A stretch of DNA of 64,000 nt from Camelus ferus (taxonomy: Eukaryota): positions 34,412,001-34,476,000 of the forward strand of contig NC_045697.1 of NCBI RefSeq assembly GCF_009834535.1. The letters run 5' to 3'. Under the pieces are notes generated by a model. It ran no database searches. It saw only the letters and a list, made by a program, of their open reading frames with translations, and had not been told where the DNA came from. This document shows, piece by piece, positions 27,727 to 39,044 of the stretch. Positions within the stretch are counted from its first letter, which is position 1, and every line of letters begins with the position of its first letter. Made by a program: the position numbers and the translations under genes.

Positions 27727-28190
27727 TGTGAAGGAAAAACCGGGCTGGTCTGACAAGATAACTCATAAGTCTAGGAATGTGAAGGAGAGGCTGGGCTGGT
27801 CTAACAAGGTAACTCACAAATCTAAGTATTGAAATACTGATCTGAGTTCTGCTAGACTAACTTGTAAATCTAAGTTAATTAATGTTGGTTTGCTGTTTAT
27901 GTTTTTTGCTAGCCAGCTGGATTTTCAAAGATATATATCTGGCTTTGGAATGTTGGTTTGCTGCCTCCCCGCCTCCACTTTTGTGATGATAATGCTGCTA
28001 AAGCTGTTCCATGCCTATTGGCCGAATACCCCAAGCTTGTACTTTACCCTATAAACCCTCATGTGCACATCTTGAAGGTGCTCAGAGCTTCGGAGCAGAA
28101 GCCCCTCTGAGCCCGCCGGCGTAATACATCTGAGTACTCCTACCCTCCGAGTGGTGCTTGTTTCTTGACTGGCCTGTCGTTTCCGTAACA
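27727..28190 (+). mobile_element. ERV1-type solo LTR, family B, long form (464 bp), nested in family A copy 3
   Basis: tgtgaagg...gtaaca termini, TSD atgt/atat, TATA-like cctataaa near 28048. Confidence 0.92.
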
Positions 28191-28214
28191 ATATCAGTAA
28201 ACAAAGAATGCTGA

Positions 28215-28929
28215 TCGGTGCTGTCAGTGTTCTGCGTTTTGGCAGTTTTCTAACAGGTGTGCAGTGGTACCTCGCTGTTTCAGTCTGCATCTCCTTGATG
28301 ACAGATGCTGTGGAGCATCTTTCCATAAACTTCTTTGGCATCTGGATTCCTTCTTTGATGAGGCGTGTGTTCAGGCATTTTGCTCATTTTTTAATCAGGT
28401 TATTCATTCTTCTTGTTGAGTATAAAGAGATTTTGGTATATTCTGGATATCAGCCCTTTATCAGTGCATCCCTGCCCTTCACCTGCAGCACCGGAGCTGT
28501 CCTTTGGGTCTCAGTGCAGTGTCAGCTCTTCAAAGATGTCCCCTGTCTTCCTTCAACCTAAATGCAGTCCTTGTATTTTTTGCTTTCATTGACTCATTTT
28601 GTACTTTTTAAATAGCAATTCCCATAATTTATAAGTACATTAAAAAAAAAAAAGGCAATGATTGAACACCGCCTCCCCCACCAGGCTGTGTGCCCTGTGA
28701 GAGCAGAGACCCTGTGCCCACGCACAGTGTCCCATGACAGCACATGGCAGATGTCCGTGTAAATGTGTGTAATGTGGGGCCAAACCTGATGAGCAGCTGT
28801 GATGACATGTGCTGGTGACCATTTATTGAATAGAGTTTTTCTTGATCTTAATTATTAAACCACATGAATGAAACATGTTTCTTTCGAAAAATAAAACAAC
28901 AAAGCACAAAAAACAACAACAACAACAAC
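28215..28929 (+). pseudogene. L1-mediated retrocopy or orphan transduction of a non-coding transcript 3' end (715 bp)
   Basis: Perfect 15-bp TSD aacaaagaatgctga (28200-28214, 28930-28944). ATTAAA at 28854 and AATAAA at 28890. A/(CAA)n tail. Confidence 0.85.
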
Positions 28930-29749
28930 AACAAAGAATGCTGAAACCAAGTCATCAGCGGCTGCCGCCACCCCACAGTGCGGACAGACCTGCAGCCCAG
29001 CCTCTGCAGCCACTCACAATGGTGCCCTCTGTGCGGACTCAGAATAAGAAAGGACAAAATAATGGCCCTAGATAGCTAGGTGCTTGTCAAAGGAATGAAT
29101 TCAGTGAGCCCAAATGTTTGCTTCCTACCATACACAGAAAAGCACTACATTCTTTAACTTGAGTGTGCCCTGGTTTTCTTTAGATAACAAGTAATCTTAT
29201 AATGTTCCAACTACCTGGTCTTTGTTGTAAAGCTCCTATATGTCCTAGCTCCTCCCCTACGTCTTTGGAGCAGTCTCTCAGAGCCATCTGAGAGGCTGTC
29301 ATCCTGGCTCGAGTCCTCCTGCCAAATAAAACATAACTCTTAACTTTTAGGCTGCACATTTATTTCAGTCGACATATGTAATAAATGTGATCTCATTTTT
29401 TGAAAAACAAAAATGACAAAAATACCTCTATGTATATGTTATTCTATATACATGTATGTGTAGATACATTTATGTATGATTGTACAGGCATGGAGAAAAC
29501 TATAAAATCATACACACTAGGTTGTTAACATGGGTTAACTGTAGGCAGAAATAAGATAAAATGATGCAAAAGGATAAAGAAATGAAGTAATTTTTGCAAA
29601 AAAGTGGGGGGTAAGGCTTCCATTTCAAAATAATATATAATATAATCATATGTGTTCATCATAAAAAGAAGAAAAATCAATTCCCAAAGTTGGAGGAAAT
29701 GAAAAAGAAGCAAGAGAATAGATAAGGAAAATAAAAGTGATTGAAGAGT

Positions 29750-30688
29750 AGGAAACACTTTCAGAATGGTACAGTAAGATCTTCCAAAAGTCTGTTCTTC
29801 CATAAAAGCAGTAAAAACACTGGGGAAAAAAATATCAAAATCAGATTTTTCAGAACTTTGGAACTTAACCAAAAGCTTGCATCAAATAGAGGAATATTTG
29901 TTCAAGAAAAATGGCTGAATCACTGAGAACTATGAGTTTTGTAGCATTTTCACCTGCCCTATTCCCAGCACCCTCTCTCAGTTCTGCAGGAGCCTTGAAA
30001 ACCAATGACCTTGCAACCATAACTATGAAAAACAGCAAACTAGGAGGCAATGGAAGGGAAGAATGAGTTTGAAGCTCCTTAAAAAACCATTCACAGAGAA
30101 TTGTAATTCAACTTGTATGGAAACTCACTGGAAAGCTTCCATTCTCCACACTTGGCTTTATTTGATCTGACTCAGAGCTTTCTAATGCAAACAGTTTTAT
30201 CCCCAGGGCACTTGCTGAAAACAATCTGCGGCAATTGTTTAACATAGTTACCCGAGGCAAGGATATCTGCTGGATATAAGAGGTGAACAAAAACTTAATA
30301 AAAGCTAGAGGATGAAATGTCTGAAGGGGCCTTTGAAAACCTCTGACATATTCTCTGGGATCTAGAGGGCCATAGGTGAGCCCATATCCAAGAAAGGTAA
30401 GTCACAAAAGCCACATATTTATTGTATGATGCCTTTTATATGAGGTGTACAGAATACACAAATCCATAGAGACGGAAGGTAATTAATTCTGGACACAAGC
30501 TAAGGGAGAGGGGAAATGAGGAATATTGGATATAGCATTTCTTTTTGCAGTGATAAAAATGTTCTAAAATGAGATAGTAGTAATAGTTGCATAACTCTGT
30601 GAAAACGTTTTTAAAATACTGAATAACACATATTAGAGGTTAAATTTTATGGTATGTTGATTATATATCAAAAAGTTGTTTTTGTTTT
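29750..30688 (+). mobile_element. Old L1 (L1MB/L1M4-like) with its 5' UTR joined directly to its 3' end
   Basis: 5'-end text ttccataaaagcagtaaaaacactgg...ttttcagaactttggaacttaacc runs to about 30390, then an L1MB-type 3' UTR follows. Confidence 0.6.
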
Positions 30689-33369
30689 AATGTGAATGAG
30701 AGGTATGATGCATTTTCATCTGATATAGAAGATTTAAGAGCTGGTCATCAAAGAGCACAATGGGAGAACAGAACACTTTCAGCCTTCAGCACATTACCCC
30801 ACTCTCTTGTTTTAATTCCTGATTAGAATTTCTAGGTTATTTTATTTTGTGCTGTATTATTTTTAACCCAAAGGCTCTTGGTTGGTCAAAGATTTTTCCT
30901 CTTTCCTTAAAATTCAGTTTATGCTTAAATATTTATAAAATATGTAAGAAAGAACAGGTGAAAATAAAAATCCAAATACAAAATGCAACCTAGAAAAATC
31001 GTTTGCTGAAATATAGCATGAAAGCTATCTATGGACCTCTTCCCTTTCCATATTACATACTACAACTGGTTTTCAAGATGCAACTAATGAAACTCCAGAT
31101 GTAACAGACATCACATAAAACTTATTTCACATTTATGAAGCCCAGCTCTGCCACACAGTGTAATATGGGAGAGATTCTGGTTAAAACTTTACAAACTGCA
31201 GTTTTCTATGCTTTGGCATGATATTAAGGACCCCCAGGAGGAAACATCTTAAGGAAAGGCTATTTCCTGGTACCTTTTGCCAGGAGTTCTCCCCCTTGGT
31301 TTTCTACCTAGGATACTGGCTAGGACAGAATGTCTCACTACTGTATTTTTGGATTGAAGTGGACTCATAATTTTTACATATGCCAGAAGTTTAAAATTAC
31401 ATTTTAATTATAGAATAATAATTTTAAAGGAATAAAAGCAAACTCTCTGCTAGGTATTAGTATAGATGCAACACATTAAATAATACTTTAAGTAAAATTG
31501 GTTAAAATAAATATCAAGTGCAGAAATGTAATTAGACATCATCAATAAAGTGATCAGATATAAAATTTTTGAAATGACTATAGTTCATTTGTTTATTCAG
31601 CAAACATTTTATTAAGCACTGGCCATAAAGCAGGAAACAAAACAGATTACCCTCTCTACTCTTCTGAAGCTTAAAATTTGCTCAGAAATGCTCTCGCTAC
31701 TTCAAAGAAAGCAATTAAATAAAGAATCATGAAATATTTGAAAGGGCACTGATCTAGGAGTCCCAAGATCTGAATCCCAATTCCATGTCTACTGATTAGT
31801 AAACAAGTGATATTGGATATGTCACCTTAATTTCTTCCAAGCTTTAATTTTATATCTTGAAAAATAGTGCATATTACCTGTCCTGCACACCTCAACAGCT
31901 AATCATAAGGACCACGGAGAAAATATTCAAAAATACCCTGAATCCAAAGCTCTATATTCACCGGGTAGCAATATTGCTGAAATGCATGAAAAATTATCAA
32001 ATGCCTTATAGTAAGTAATTTTAGTTCATACAGACAGTCTACTGAAGGTCTGTGTGGTCAGACAGTAAAGCTCAAGGCTAACTGTCAAGGACATTAAAAG
32101 CACAGAATGACACATATTCAAAGGTTCTGACCTTTCTCCATTTAATCATTCTAACTTCCCCTGGATTTCCTTTACACGTCAAATTGCATTCATATTCTCA
32201 AGCAATGTTCCAGCCACAGGAAGAGAAAATGAGTCAAACAGACTTCCACCAAACTTTCAAACTGAGCAATAAGTACCATATGTGTCTTTACTCTTCAGAG
32301 TATGTGTTTGTCACCTCTGTTTGAATCTTAACAAATGACAGAACTTTCAAAATAGAGACAAGTTCAGTTTGCAAAAGAAAATAACAGTCGCCGTAATTGC
32401 AACCACAGTAACTAAACTGAGCTTTTGCTTAAATTACTTCTGTTGAAAAACATAGTCCTTAGGAATATGAAGTGCTTAAGATATGGCCAAAATATTAAAA
32501 AACTTCAAAATTAAACTCACGAGAGTTAATTTAATTTAAATAAATTTCACTTGGCATAATACGAGTTCGTACTACCACTGGCAGGTAATGAATATGAATC
32601 TGTCTTTATCACTGGTGAACACCAAGCATAAGAAACAGTTAACATCTATCAGTGCTCAGTGAACAATGGAATCCAAACATGCTAACTCTTTGGGGCTAGA
32701 GCAACAGAATAACCCTGCTTTTCTTCAGACACTGGCAAACATATACCGTGATAGCTCAGAGTCAGCTTAATCCTTCCTTTCCTGGCTCAGAATGAAAATA
32801 AATATGCTGTCCCAGACCTAAAATGTGATTTCCCCTCATGGGTTTTCACGGAATAGGGAGGAACAAACAAGAAAGTGATCATGGATGAATGGGCTTTGTA
32901 TAATTTTCAATCATATATCCTTGTTTTAGGAGGCAGAAAAAGACAAGACAACTACAGAGAAAGTTCTTAGAGTGGCTGTGCTCTGATGATGATTTATCTG
33001 CAATCACTGGGTCACTTTCCACACTAATGGACTCCCACCAGCATTCTAGAAGTTTAGTAAATTGACAAAAAAATCAGAGGGATATTGAGGGATAGAGTCA
33101 CATTCAGGAGCATATCATCTGCCACTATCCAACTGGCCCCATTTCCACACTTTCTCTTTTCTCTCTCTCAGCTCATTTTCTGGAATTACTGACAAATTCC
33201 TCCATTTGTCTTCAAACAAGTTTTGCACATGCCATTTTCCTCAAGATGTGATTATCTGTCAATTATCAACAGGTAAAATAAATTGCATAGCCAGTAAAAG
33301 AGGGAGAAGAGAAAGAACATATAGACATGTCAAAAACAAATAGGGGGATAGCTCCTGTTAAACCACTAG

Positions 33370-35850
33370 GTATTCTGTTATAGAATTGCATGCCAGGTAT
33401 TCTTGCTATAAAGCATCTTTGCTGCAAACATTTTTGCCACATGACTAATGGAATGCAAGACAATTTTGCAATGAAAGATAAACCGGTTAATAGTTTTTGG
33501 TTTGACAGTTTGGTTTCAACTGGTTGAAATCTGTTAGCATTCATTCCAGTTAGAAACATATTGATCACTTTATTGAGCTGACGGATGACAATGGTTTGCC
33601 ATTAGTTGGTTTCTTGTTTTTTTTTTTTTTTTAATATATATATATTTATTGAAGTACATAGTCAGCTAAAATGTGTCAATCTCTGGTGTACAGCATAATG
33701 TCCCAGGCATACATATACATACATATATTTGTTTTCATATTCTTTTTCATTAAAGGTTATTACAAGATATTAAATAGAGATCCCTGTGCTATATAGAAAA
33801 AAATGTTCTTTTATCTGTTTTTATATGTAGTAGTTAATATTTGCAAATCTCCAACTCTCAGATTTATCCCTTCCTACCCCCGTCCCCCCTAGTAACCATA
33901 AGATTGTTCACAATGTCTGTGAGGCTATTTCTGTTTTGTAGATGAGTTCATTAGTGTCTTCTTTCTTTTTTTAGATTCCACACGTAAGTGATATCACATG
34001 GTATTTTCCTTTCTCTTTCTGGCTTATTTCATTTAGAATGACGATCTCCAGGTCCATCCATGTTGCTGCAAATGGCATTATTTTATTCTGTTTTATGGCT
34101 GTGAAGTATTCCATTGTATAAATATACCACAACTTCTTTATCCAGTCATCTGTCAATGGACATATAGGTTGTTTCCATGTCTTGGCTATTGTATATAGTG
34201 CTGCTATGAACACTGGGGTGCTTTATCTTTTCGAATTTGAGTTCCCTTAGGATATATGCCCAGGAGGTAGACTGCTGGATCATGTGGTTAAGTCTGTTTT
34301 TTAAGAAATCTCCATACTGTTTTCCATAATGGTTGCACCAAACTACATTCCCACTAACAGTGTAGGAGGGTTCCCTTTTCTCCACACCCTCTCCAGCATT
34401 TATCATTTGTAGACTTTTTCATCATGGACATTCTGACTGGTGTGAGGTGATACCTCACTGCAGTTTTGATTTGCATTTCTCTGATAATTAGCAATATTGA
34501 GCATTTTTTCACATGCCTATTGGCCATTTGTATGTCTTCATCAGAGAATTGCTTGTTTAGGTCTTCTCCCCATTTTTGGACTGGGGTGTTTGTTTTTTTT
34601 CTTATTAAGTTGTATGAGCTGTTTATATATTATGGAAATTAAACCTTTGTCAGTCGCATCATTTGTAAATATTTTCTCCCATTCCATAGGTTGTCATTTT
34701 GTTTTGCTTATAGTTTCCTTTGCTATGCAAAAGCTTGTAAGTTTAACTAGGTCCCATTTGTTTATTTTTGCTTTTATTTCTATTGCCTGGGTAGACTGCA
34801 CTCAGAGAACACTGCTAAGATCTATGTCAGAGAATGTTTTGCCTATGTTTTCTTCTAGAAGGTTTATAGTGTCATGTCTTGTATTTAAGTTTTTAAGCCA
34901 TTTTGAGTTTATTTTTGTGTATGGTGTGAGGGAGTGTTCTAACTTCACTGACTTACAGGCTGCTTCCAGTTTTCCCAACACCACTTGCTGAAGAGACTGT
35001 CTTTTCTCCATTGTATATTCTTGCCTCCGTTGTCTAAGATTAATTGACCGTAGGTCTGTGGGTTTATTTCTGGGCTCTCTATTCTGTTCCATTGATCCAT
35101 ATGTCTGTTTTTGTGCCAATACCACAATGTTTTGATTACTGTAGCTCTGTAGGATTGTCTGAAGTCTGGGAGGGTTATTCCTGCAGCTTCATTCTTTTTC
35201 TTCAGTATTGCTTTGGCAGTTCTAGGTCTTTTGTGATTCCATGTAAATTTACAGATTATTTGTTCTAGTTCTGTGAAAAATGTCATGGGTAATTTGATAG
35301 GGATCATATCAAGTCTGTAGATTGCCTTGAGCAGTATGGCCATGTGACAATATGCCAAAAACAAACAACAGTGTAGAATAAGTTTTCACAATGCAATACA
35401 AAACTCAGTTACAAATATGCATCCTAATATTTGAAAACTGATACCTCTCTTAATGAAGGAAAAAAATTATAGCAAAAAAGAATAAGTGTGATGCCAAATG
35501 AGAAGATAAATCAATAAGTTTTTTAAAAAGTGTATAAAAATACTATAAACAAAAGACTAGGAAGACAAGGTACAACCACAAAATAAAATCAGTTCCTTGT
35601 GCAGTATTGCCATGAATCTACATGCATTTTAGATGCATTCAAACATGTTGTATTTAGCAATAAAGTCTTTTTTAAACTGTTATTCATTTCATGTGTTTCA
35701 TTATGTTTTTTTAAATGTCCCTCTTATTTTTCATTGTTTTATCTCTTATGGCAAAACTGCCTTACAGCCAGTTAATTACGCAGCAAAAATGCTAGCAGCA
35801 AAGATGTCTAAGGCAAAGATGTTCACAGTGAATGGACATAGAATTGGGAT
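33370..35850 (+). mobile_element. Non-autonomous MULE-like DNA transposon with about 90-110 bp TIRs, split by an L1
   Basis: About 33395-33482 and about 35735-35815 are reverse complements of each other. A transposase remnant lies at 35346-35461. Confidence 0.75.
33617..35343 (-). mobile_element. Young 5'-truncated L1 (ORF2 C-terminal part, 3' UTR and polyA), sense to CORIN
   Basis: Poly-T from 33617. ORF fragments [39 protein letters not shown] and MFIAALYTIAKTWKQP. Confidence 0.95.
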
Positions 35851-36267
35851 ACCTGCCAAAAGGCACCAATAACAAAATAAGCAACTTAATTTACTTATTA
35901 ATTTAACCATCTCAAAACAAGTAACTTAAACCTTAAAAAGAGAAGCACAAACTTTCAGAGGTGAACCACCACAAAATCAACACTATTATATTGGAGCAAG
36001 CAGCATAAATTTTTATGCCTCAGAAACGTTGAATGGCATTGGCACACTTTTATTTCTTGCTCCTGTCCCTATCTGGATGCTGAGCTGATGGTATTTTGTG
36101 TTTAGGAATAGGGCACTCAGCTAGCTTTGCCAGAAAAGGGAGCAGAGCTTTTCCTGTGTGACCATTAAGTGATTGTGAATTCAGAGCATCGGTTGCCACA
36201 CTTAAAAATATACCTGTGAGTTCCACAGACATTAATGCGCCCAGGCATTCAGCACCTCCAGACTTAC

Positions 36268-36468
36268 TTGTGTTCCTGTGATTTTGGTCCCCTGGGAGAG
36301 AAGCACCTGTGGTCCAGACTGGAATGTGTCGGGTAGGGTGTGCCGTAGACGTCCCAGTACTCTCGTTAGGAACTGTATTTGGAAGAATAACATCAGACAC
36401 GTGGACTTCACCATCAGTGACTAAAGGTTCACTTCCATTTGATTTAAAATAGGCTTTTTTTAATGTTC
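36268..36468 (-). CDS. CORIN: CORIN coding exon 3 (201 bp): juxtamembrane extracellular stem
   Basis: Translates (G)TLKKAYFKSNGSEPLVTDGEVHVSDVILPNTVPNESTGTSTAHPTRHIPVWTTGASLPGDQNHRNT(S). Acceptor poly-T...ctttcag|GA, donor ACAA|gtaagt. Phase 1-1 fits exons 2 and 4. N-glycosylation sequons NGS, NES and NTS are present. Confidence 0.97.
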
Positions 36469-38484
36469 CTGAAAGACCAAAAAAAAAAAAAAAAGATATT
36501 TTCAAACATTACTAGAAGTTTTTATTTAAAAAACCTATTAGGAAAACTCTAGAGTTACTTTCCCAGGCAAACACAGAGAGAAAGATGATGGTCAGCAAAA
36601 CTACCTACTTCACTGGGACAACCATGAGTTTCTCTTTTACTGCAAATCATATAACTCTGTGCTCTCTCAAGAAGTTTAGAAACTGAGTCTCCCATCCAGA
36701 TTTCCTACTACCCAAAGAATCTAGGGCAATTCCACCTCACCTGGGACTTACCACAAATAAATAAAACGTGGCGAATCTTAGAGTATTTCCTTCCTGCTTT
36801 CTCAGTTTCTCAATTTCACACATCGCTTTGTGCTACTCAGTACCCAGGACACATGCTCTCCCTGTCTTTCTATCTGCCACTAAGGACAACAGAGCCTGCC
36901 TACCATCAGCCTTATATTTTTCCATGCTTTGCACTAAATTTCAGTGAACTATACACAACAGATAATAAAAATGATAGGGCTCAAATATTTACCAAGACTT
37001 AACAGAAACCCCAAAAAGGAAAACTCTAATTCTAGCAAAACTGAAAGAAGGAACGTAATTATCTTCATCTTCAACCAGAAGCTATAAAATATGATAATAA
37101 GCAATAGTTATTAAACTAAGGTTACCAACTGGTCACTTTCTCAAGGTTCATGAACAAAATAGTCAAACCTGAGATTACTGGAAATCACCTAGCTTTGGCT
37201 TCAGGCAGAAAATCTGAAAACTTTGAAAGAGATCATGTATTTTTAACTCAGTCAAAATAGACAACAGACTTTCCAGATTATACAGCACTCTAGTTGAGTA
37301 CACCACTAAATAAATGAATCTGATATTGATCTATTATAGAAATACCCAAGGGAGATTTTTTGTTTTCCTAAAAGCATTTACAGTGAATGCTCTAATTGGC
37401 TCCTACTTTCCCAAACAGTCTATGGAGCATTAAAAATAAAAGAAATATAAATAAAATGTTTAATATCAGTCTATGGAAAAAATTCCTCTACATGTGCTTG
37501 ACACTTGGAAAACATTAACTACAAATCAAAATAGAAAAGCAGCTGCTTTCTAGCTAACTAAGGTCAACAGTTTCATCTGCCAAAGGATTCTAAATAAAAC
37601 AGCAAAGCATAAAAGCTAAATCATGACCACGTGGGGCAGGTAACACATTCTCCAAACTGTCTGTGTGATGATGAATAGACATTAAATGCAGTAGGTAAAA
37701 TGAAAGACTTTAATTGTTCTTGATTTTCAAAATGATTTTGCACTCATCCTAGTTTAAGATAAATGTATATGATAGACTTAATTACTAAGTAATATGTATT
37801 TCACTCATACAGAAAACATTGCTACTTAATTATATATAATTTTATATTTCATTTATTGGTTGCTCTCTCCTTTACGAGGTGCCAGCTCCTCAGTTACATC
37901 CCTGAGTAATTCGCTTAGAGGGAGTTCCTTATTGTATGAAATATTTCAACAGTTATTCGTAACATTCTGTTCGTATTCATTAGCCTCATTAGTAATCTTT
38001 CCTTTAACTTTCTCACATAACCAAAGTGGTGAAAGTGTTAATAACATCTGTTTACTCTAAAATATCCTTTAAACACTGACATTTTAGGAAACACTGACTT
38101 GGATAACAGTTTTCTTAAAAAAAAAAAAAAAGTACAAAGTAGCTTCCTTCCTGTTAAACTCTACATGTCAAAGCAAGTTGGCAGAACAGAGAGAGAACAA
38201 CATATATGTATATATATATATAAAACATTCCTAAACTATATTTTTGACAGAAAGACAGACAGACAACAACCCTGAAGGACCTGTCTTTAAAATCATGAAA
38301 CCACTAGACAATTTGTTTTCAAGCATCTCTAGAAACTGATCAACTCTCCATTATGCGTCTTTTTAAAAGCACAATAAACAGAATTCAATAAGACAAGCTA
38401 CACCATGATGAGCTGAGAATTATTAGCCCCAAGTAGCATGTTCATTCTTCCCACATTGCTCCATCCTTTTCCACATTCCTGTTT

Positions 38485-38725
38485 TATAGTGCTGTGGTTA
38501 AAAGCACAGATTCTACAGCCTGACCACCTGGATTTAAATCCCATCGCTAACACTTACTAGCCCTGAAACTTTGGGAAAATTATCAACTGCCATAAAATAA
38601 GGAAAATAAAAGTGCCTCCCTTTATGAGGCTGGCCATTAGTATTAAATTCGTCAATACATACATAAACCCTTGGAACAGTTCCTGGCACACAGTAAGTTC
38701 TCAATAACTGGTAATAATTACTAAT
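38485..38725 (+). mobile_element. MIR SINE
   Basis: gtggttaaaagcacagattctacagcc...ctggcacacagtaagttctcaataa. Confidence 0.8.
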
Positions 38726-39044
38726 GAGAATAAAACTGTCTTCCTCAGGACTACTAAGGTACTTTTAAATAAATGCCAATTTCCTTTTATTATAAGTGCA
38801 TCCCAACATAACAAAATGGCCAAGGAAATTTTCAAAAGTGAATCACATAACCCACTTTTTGAATGAAAGGACTGGCTCTTCCACATTAAGTTATTAATAG
38901 AAGGCCACCTTATATCAAGGTTGTATGGCTCAAAAGTGTTTCAGCTCTAACACAGCTCTATTCAACAATGTTTAAGAAATAGTCTGCAATTCCACTAGTA
39001 ATAGCCAAGCTTTACTGATCACTTACAACGAGTGGCCTGAGCTC

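Larger units (their letters stand above)
27681..29374 (+). mobile_element. ERV1-type solo LTR, family A copy 3, interrupted twice
   Basis: tgtgaac...gtcgaca termini, perfect TSD tatg/tatg. Colinear with copies 1 and 2 once both inserts are removed. Confidence 0.93.
27500..29700 (+). mobile_element. Ancient L1ME 3' end hosting the nested LTR complex
   Basis: aaataaattatggtataatgatagtatggaatgctattcag... continues after 29378. Confidence 0.55.

Noticed and set aside
28875..29075. Polyglutamine ORF
   Set aside because: The Q run is the (CAA)n-decayed polyA tail of the retro-insertion read into LTR sequence.
26464..29374. A provirus bounded by the two same-orientation family A LTRs
   Set aside because: Each LTR has its own perfect 4-bp TSD, and the 733 bp between them shows no recognisable PBS, gag, pol or env.
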